Of a DNA stretch of 64,000 bases, positions 59,172 through 64,000 are shown piece by piece (the first letter of the stretch is position 1; each line of letters opens with the position of its first letter). The stretch comes from Ignavibacteriota bacterium (GTDB lineage Bacteria > Bacteroidota > Ignavibacteria > UBA10030). Below the pieces are notes generated by a model, which saw nothing but the letters and a program-made list of their open reading frames with translations, had not been told where the DNA came from and ran no database searches. The stretch covers positions 608,001 to 672,000 of the forward strand of contig OY969585.1 of assembly GCA_963701295.1 (NCBI GenBank). Direction: 5' to 3'. Both the position numbers and the translations under genes were made by a program.

Positions 59172-59743
59172 TTTTTTGAAACGTTAATGATCTGTGTGAT
59201 TGTTGATGTGATAATCGCTGCTGACACAACCACACCAAAGACGTCTCTAACCGTTGACCAAGCCGTGCGATCTACAAAGACAATATCCCCCGGTATCAGT
59301 TGCAAATCTTCCGGCCGAACAGTTGAAAGATTTTCTAGGTCAAGATAAATTTCCCGGCGAGTGATTTTTGCTTCTTCTTTGAGAAAAGCGGAAAGAGTTC
59401 TCTGATCAGGCTGAATATCCTGGCGTACCATCTTTTCTCCGTCTTTAATTATCCGGATGACCTTCACTTTATTCAGTGAACCATCTGTTGTCGGCCCGCC
59501 TGCTAGCGAAATTAGATTCATGAGATCGATCGAACTTGATATTTCATACCTGCCAGGTCGTTGAACATTTCCCATCACACTTACGATCATTGTAATGTCG
59601 TTCGGACGCGCAAAGTAGAAGTTGGTACTTGTCGTCCCACCAGATGTCGTTGAAATCTGATTGTTCTGATCTGTCTGTGCATTCACGGATGCCAAGCATA
59701 ACAAGAGTAAACCTGCAAGTGTACTACTGCAAAAAAATTTCAT
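59168..59743 (-). CDS. SLBB-domain polysaccharide export protein (short Wza-like)
   Basis: Signal peptide, VSVMGNVQRPG.Y, LISLAGGP, L.PGDIVFV and a C-terminal amphipathic helix. Confidence 0.75.
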   Translation of the reverse strand: MKFFCSSTLAGLLLLCLASVNAQTDQNNQISTTSGGTTSTNFYFARPNDITMIVSVMGNVQRPGRYEISSSIDLMNLISLAGGPTTDGSLNKVKVIRIIKDGEKMVRQDIQPDQRTLSAFLKEEAKITRREIYLDLENLSTVRPEDLQLIPGDIVFVDRTAWSTVRDVFGVVVSAAIITSTITQIINVSKK

Positions 59744-59786
59744 AAGCTTCTTCTACCCCTTTTTGTGATTATAAACATTGAACGCA

Positions 59787-62117
59787 TCATCTTTTCACCT
59801 CTTTATCGTTGAGATAATATCCGGATTCATAAGCATAGTATCCATAATGATAGCCAGAAGAATATCTGCCATAGGATCCCCGAATATCATAATTGTTCAA
59901 GACTACGCCAAATATTTTTACACCAATGCTCAGAAGAAACTCAACAACCGGCTTGAGAGCATTTGCTTTTGTTATACCTGCTGAAGCAACGATCACCACA
60001 CCATCCGTTTCTCTTGCAAGAGCGGCTGCATCTGTCACCGCTAGCAAGGGTGGTGTGTCAAAGAAAATCATATCATATTTTTCCTTCATAACTTTAATAA
60101 ATTCTTTCATCTTTTTTGATCCTAGAATTTCAGATGGATTATGAGGTGCGGGTCCGGAATTGATGATATCGAGATTTGGAAGAACCTGTCGTTGGATTAC
60201 TTCTTCCAGATCAGCACTGTCTGCCAGAAGATTTGTGAGTCCTATTTCATTCTTCAAACCAAAAAGAGATTGAACCATTGGACATCTCAAATCTGCATTT
60301 ACAAGAAGAACTTTTTTCTCAGCTTGTGCCATTGAGACCGCAAGGTTACACACGGTCGTTGTTTTGCCTTCCTTGGGATTTGCACTTGTGATAACAATGG
60401 ATCGTACATGTGTTTTTGCTTGCAGAAATTGTATATTTGTACGCAAATGGCGGTATGATTCGGAAATAGGTGCCATTGGCCTATAGAAAGTGACAAGGTG
60501 CGGATCGAAGAGACATAGGGCCTTTTGAGTTTTAATGTCTTGTTTAATTCTCTTTATTTCACCATCCATCTGGCTAATCGAAGAGAGGGGGACAAACCCA
60601 AGACGTTTCAAATCCCCCGGTGTTCTTATCCGAAAATCAGCAAATGCCCATACAAATGCTATTCCAACTCCAAGTCCTATGCCAACGAGAAATCCAAGGA
60701 TCAAGTTTCGAAAAATACGAGGACTTACTGGTGTGGTCGGTACAACTGCCCGATCAACAACCTCAACATATCCAAATTGCGATTTTTCTTTGATTGCTGT
60801 TTCATTGAATTTTTCTTCGACGAGCAGATAGAGCTTTTCACTGCTCAAACGAGATCGTTGTAGTTTTGCCAACTCAATGCTTTTTTTCGGGATTTGATTG
60901 AATTTTTTTTCATATTCTCCAATGACCCCATCGAGAGCCATTTTCCTTGCCTCAAGACCCTGCAACTCAATCTGTTGTTCAATGATCTTCTGTTTTGCCT
61001 CTGCTAGGAAGGAACCAGTTCCTTCCCCCTGACCACGTGAACCGGGCATCATTGAACCGAGAAATTGTTCGGTACGAGTCTGTAGGTTTTTTTTTAACAT
61101 TCCGATTTGTTGATTGACCTCTTTCAATTTGTCAGAGTAAATCTGTTGATCAGCTAGTTCGGGATTCTGTGCAATGACGATGTCGCGCTGAACTTCGAGC
61201 TTGGCAATCTGATCCTGAAGAAGACGAATGTAACTGTCGTTCGCTTCGCCCATCTCCTTTGCTGAACCCGGTTCCAGCCTCACAAGTTCTTCCTTATAGG
61301 ATGATAAAGTTTTCTGTTTCGAGCTTTTTTCTACTTCGATACCATCACGCTGAGCCTCAAGTTGTGATAGTTGTTCCACAACCTTGCTTCCCTCAGCATC
61401 AAGGGAAACAACACCGGAGGAACGCATGTAGTTTTGCAGATCCTTTTCATTTGCCTCGAGGCCAGCTTTTTTTGATTGAAGCTGGGTTTGCAGAAATTCA
61501 CGAACAGCTTTTGAGTGGAGACGGCTCGCGTTGAGATTTCTGGTAGAATAAACTTCTGTGTACACATTGGCAATCAGAGCGGCTTCTCTAGGATTTCTGC
61601 TTCTTGTTGTGATTTTGATTATGTCTGTCTCTCGAATCGGTGCAAATTCGACCATACTCAATAATCTATCCCTGACCTCATCAGCGGTCGTTATTGTATC
61701 TTTCCGCACCTCCCGTTTCTCGAAAGTTAAAATTGGAATGACTTCTGTCTTTTTATCGTCGAGAAACATCATGGAATGGAGTGCTGCTGCAACATCTTGG
61801 GCAGTCGATTGGGATTTTAGAATTTCAAGCTCGTTTGCAATTTTGTTGGTAGCTACCGTGCCTGTGGGATCGAACATAGGAAGTGATCCGTCCTTCGATT
61901 GCATGTTGATCAGAACGAGTGAACTCGCTTCATAAATAGGTTTTTCTGTAAAATTGTAGAGAGCAGTAAGACCAATAATCGTGATAAGTGTAAAGAAAAT
62001 TATCCACTTTCCACGAAGGAGAATTGCAAGATATTCCAATAAAGGTGACTCATTCGGTGTATCGTTAGTTTGTCCCTTGTCCCTGTTAAAGTTTCTGGCA
62101 TTTTGAGAAGAATTCAT
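59787..62117 (-). CDS. wzc: Wzc polysaccharide co-polymerase / BY-kinase
   Basis: Two TMs flanking a coiled-coil periplasmic region, ESYR.LRTN, Walker A PKEGKTT, Walker B FFDTPP and a Tyr-rich tail (YGRYSSGYHYGYYAY). Confidence 0.93.
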   Translation of the reverse strand: MNSSQNARNFNRDKGQTNDTPNESPLLEYLAILLRGKWIIFFTLITIIGLTALYNFTEKPIYEASSLVLINMQSKDGSLPMFDPTGTVATNKIANELEILKSQSTAQDVAAALHSMMFLDDKKTEVIPILTFEKREVRKDTITTADEVRDRLLSMVEFAPIRETDIIKITTRSRNPREAALIANVYTEVYSTRNLNASRLHSKAVREFLQTQLQSKKAGLEANEKDLQNYMRSSGVVSLDAEGSKVVEQLSQLEAQRDGIEVEKSSKQKTLSSYKEELVRLEPGSAKEMGEANDSYIRLLQDQIAKLEVQRDIVIAQNPELADQQIYSDKLKEVNQQIGMLKKNLQTRTEQFLGSMMPGSRGQGEGTGSFLAEAKQKIIEQQIELQGLEARKMALDGVIGEYEKKFNQIPKKSIELAKLQRSRLSSEKLYLLVEEKFNETAIKEKSQFGYVEVVDRAVVPTTPVSPRIFRNLILGFLVGIGLGVGIAFVWAFADFRIRTPGDLKRLGFVPLSSISQMDGEIKRIKQDIKTQKALCLFDPHLVTFYRPMAPISESYRHLRTNIQFLQAKTHVRSIVITSANPKEGKTTTVCNLAVSMAQAEKKVLLVNADLRCPMVQSLFGLKNEIGLTNLLADSADLEEVIQRQVLPNLDIINSGPAPHNPSEILGSKKMKEFIKVMKEKYDMIFFDTPPLLAVTDAAALARETDGVVIVASAGITKANALKPVVEFLLSIGVKIFGVVLNNYDIRGSYGRYSSGYHYGYYAYESGYYLNDKEVKR

Positions 62118-62592
62118 ATAAAATTCCGTTTTATAAAAACATTCCTTAAATCGTGTAATCCTGAATTCTGATAATATGATACCTACACGCTGATTGTTGA
62201 ATATGTCTAAGGATACTAGATCTGAATTATTACAGCTCCGCTTTTTCAGTCACAGCACTATGCGACATGAATGGAAAATAATCAAAAAATGAACCTCCAG
62301 TAGAACCCCAAAAATAAAAAAAGGACCAGATACGAATATCATCCATAGTTTTAGTAATTCATGGCATCTACTGTAGCAGGTCAATTTTGCAATTCTTTTT
62401 GCTCAAAATCAATGTTTATATCAAATTGCAGATAATTTTAGATGTTTGAAACTCAAGACTGATAAAAATAATAAAAATGAATTACTATTTGGATGATAGA
62501 AATCACTTCTTAAGGATAACACGACAACCGATTCGTCGCCGAACTTAAAGACATACATTGGGATGATAGAAATAATTTATTATATTTTTCTG

Positions 62593-63063
62593 ATGAAAAT
62601 CTTATTTGTTTGTACAGCAAATATTTGCCGCAGTGTCATGGCAGAGGGAATCTTCAAGAAACTACTCATGCATTCCACTGGTAGTCCTACGATCGTTGTG
62701 GCCTCTGCCGGTATTGATGCCCTGGAGAATTATACGCCGGATCGAACCACTAACGAGATTTGCATTAAACGTGGTGTTCATATCAGTTCACACAAAGCAC
62801 GACAATTGACAAAGGCAATGTTGAAAGAAACAGAAATTGTCCTCTGTATGGAGAAAGTTCACAAACAACGTATTCTCGGTGCATTTCCGAAGTTCATCAA
62901 GCATGTTTTTCTTCTAAAAGAATACTTGCATGCAACTCCCCTCAATGATGCAGAGATAAAAGATCCTACTGGTAAATCAAAAAAAGACTATGAAAAATGT
63001 TTCAAAGAGATAGAAAAAGAAGTACAAAGGATCTTGCCAATAATTCTTAAGGGTACATCTTAA
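62593..63063 (+). CDS. wzb: Low-molecular-weight protein tyrosine phosphatase (Wzb-like)
   Basis: MKILFVCTANICRS, SAG, H.ARQL and IKDP. Divergent from wzc. Confidence 0.85.
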   Translation: MKILFVCTANICRSVMAEGIFKKLLMHSTGSPTIVVASAGIDALENYTPDRTTNEICIKRGVHISSHKARQLTKAMLKETEIVLCMEKVHKQRILGAFPKFIKHVFLLKEYLHATPLNDAEIKDPTGKSKKDYEKCFKEIEKEVQRILPIILKGTS

Positions 63064-63169
63064 ATCTCAACACGCCGGAATCAGTCTTTGTATTTGTTTT
63101 TTCATCATTTTGTATCTTCGTTGTCGCCATACTGTTCGAATGATTTATTCTCGATCATTCGAAGAAGTT

Positions 63170-63937
63170 TTACCCGGGTTCACCGATCGTCTTTTTTTGC
63201 GCGACTTCCAACGCATTCATCTCTTCCCGCAAGAGGTTTTCTAGGTTGAACGTGTCTTCTGACGTTTCGATCTGCTTACACATTGCTTCAGAGAGATTCA
63301 ACATGGCACGGACACTAACCGAGATGACATTCATATCCTGTGCAATCACATTGAAGGCTTGCATAAATTCCGCACGCGCCTTTTCTTTCACATTGGGTAA
63401 TAGCGATTGCATGTCTTCTTGAATATTGAGTACCAGCAACGACAAGCTGTTATTCACAATATAGGATAGCGACGATAGTGTTGCGTGAAATAGTTCAGCT
63501 GCTTTCAAATTTTTTTCGCGTGTCTGTTCATTCAATTGACTCCGCATTTTTTCTTTTTTGAAAAGAAAACGCTCATACACGCTGTTGATCGCTATCGGGA
63601 GGTGAAAGATATCTATCGTGTCTTTCGCAAAGTAATCATACGCTCCCAGTTTCATCGCCTCCACCGCAAGGCTCTCAGATCCTGCCGCAGTGAGCATGAT
63701 AACCGGAGTTTCCATTTTTTGTTCATGCATCCATTGCAGTACATTCAGACCGGAAATACCCGGCATTCGATAATCTAATATAACAACATCAAAATGAGAC
63801 ACTCGAAGAAGATTTATTGCGGCTTCTCCACAATCACATGATTCAACAGCATATCCCGAATCAGCCATTGCTGACTCGAGAGCCAATCTAAAGGCATCTT
63901 CATCATCTACAATTAATAACCTTAATGGTGTCGACAT
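63170..63937 (-). CDS. Response regulator: receiver domain plus helical DHp-like tail
   Basis: Motifs LIVDDE, ILDYRMPG.SG, VIMLTA and AMKLGAYDY..K. The C-terminal part is helical with no DNA-binding or HATPase domain. Confidence 0.8.
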   Translation of the reverse strand: MSTPLRLLIVDDEDAFRLALESAMADSGYAVESCDCGEAAINLLRVSHFDVVILDYRMPGISGLNVLQWMHEQKMETPVIMLTAAGSESLAVEAMKLGAYDYFAKDTIDIFHLPIAINSVYERFLFKKEKMRSQLNEQTREKNLKAAELFHATLSSLSYIVNNSLSLLVLNIQEDMQSLLPNVKEKARAEFMQAFNVIAQDMNVISVSVRAMLNLSEAMCKQIETSEDTFNLENLLREEMNALEVAQKKTIGEPG

Positions 63938-64000
63938 AGATTTATGTTTCTTCCAATGGTGGATATTATTGTGGTTTCTAAAATTGAACTAAACTATCAG

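Noticed and set aside
62118-62592. Invertible promoter or ops site in the wzc/wzb divergent spacer
   Set aside because: No convincing long inverted repeats or ops-like match seen, and no recombinase in the window.
1-64000. CRISPR arrays, tRNA/rRNA genes, IS elements, prophage genes
   Set aside because: No regularly spaced direct repeats, cloverleaf signatures, or transposase/integrase/phage ORFs were recognised by eye.

Overview
Bacterial window, most likely Ignavibacteria or a related Bacteroidota/FCB-group organism. That placement is inferred from two proteins with T9SS-type C-terminal sorting domains (QNFPNPFNPST / PNFPNPFNGST), a UpxY-type antiterminator and the mannan pathway. Left to right there are four blocks. 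(1) 1-10.3 kb: the tail of a beta-mannan/sugar utilisation region (GH130 mannosylglucose phosphorylase, cellobiose/mannobiose 2-epimerase, CE2 esterase, GH2 beta-mannosidase, ROK kinase, MFS sugar transporter) with an oppositely oriented GT-C membrane glycosyltransferase. (2) 10.8-12.8 kb: a type II restriction-modification pair (MjaI-family endonuclease plus a beta-class methyltransferase fused to a degenerate thermonuclease domain). (3) 13.2-20.3 kb: a plus-strand carrier-protein cluster of unknown product (AMP ligase, PrmC-like methyltransferase, VanZ-LamG protein, NadE paralogue, AsnB, ACP). (4) 20.7-62.1 kb: one co-directional, ~41-kb Wzx/Wzy polysaccharide locus on the minus strand, with a divergent wzb and a response regulator beyond it. 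The best candidates for undescribed biology are: an opine-synthase (Ceo) + ATP-grasp + two PP-loop/Cys4 enzymes module inside the polysaccharide locus; the ACP/AsnB/NadE/PrmC-like cluster; and a pseudoknotted RNA candidate squeezed between the last stop codon of the polysaccharide operon and its terminator. No tRNA, rRNA, CRISPR array, transposase or integrase was recognised. All family calls come from motif recognition by eye, not from database searches.
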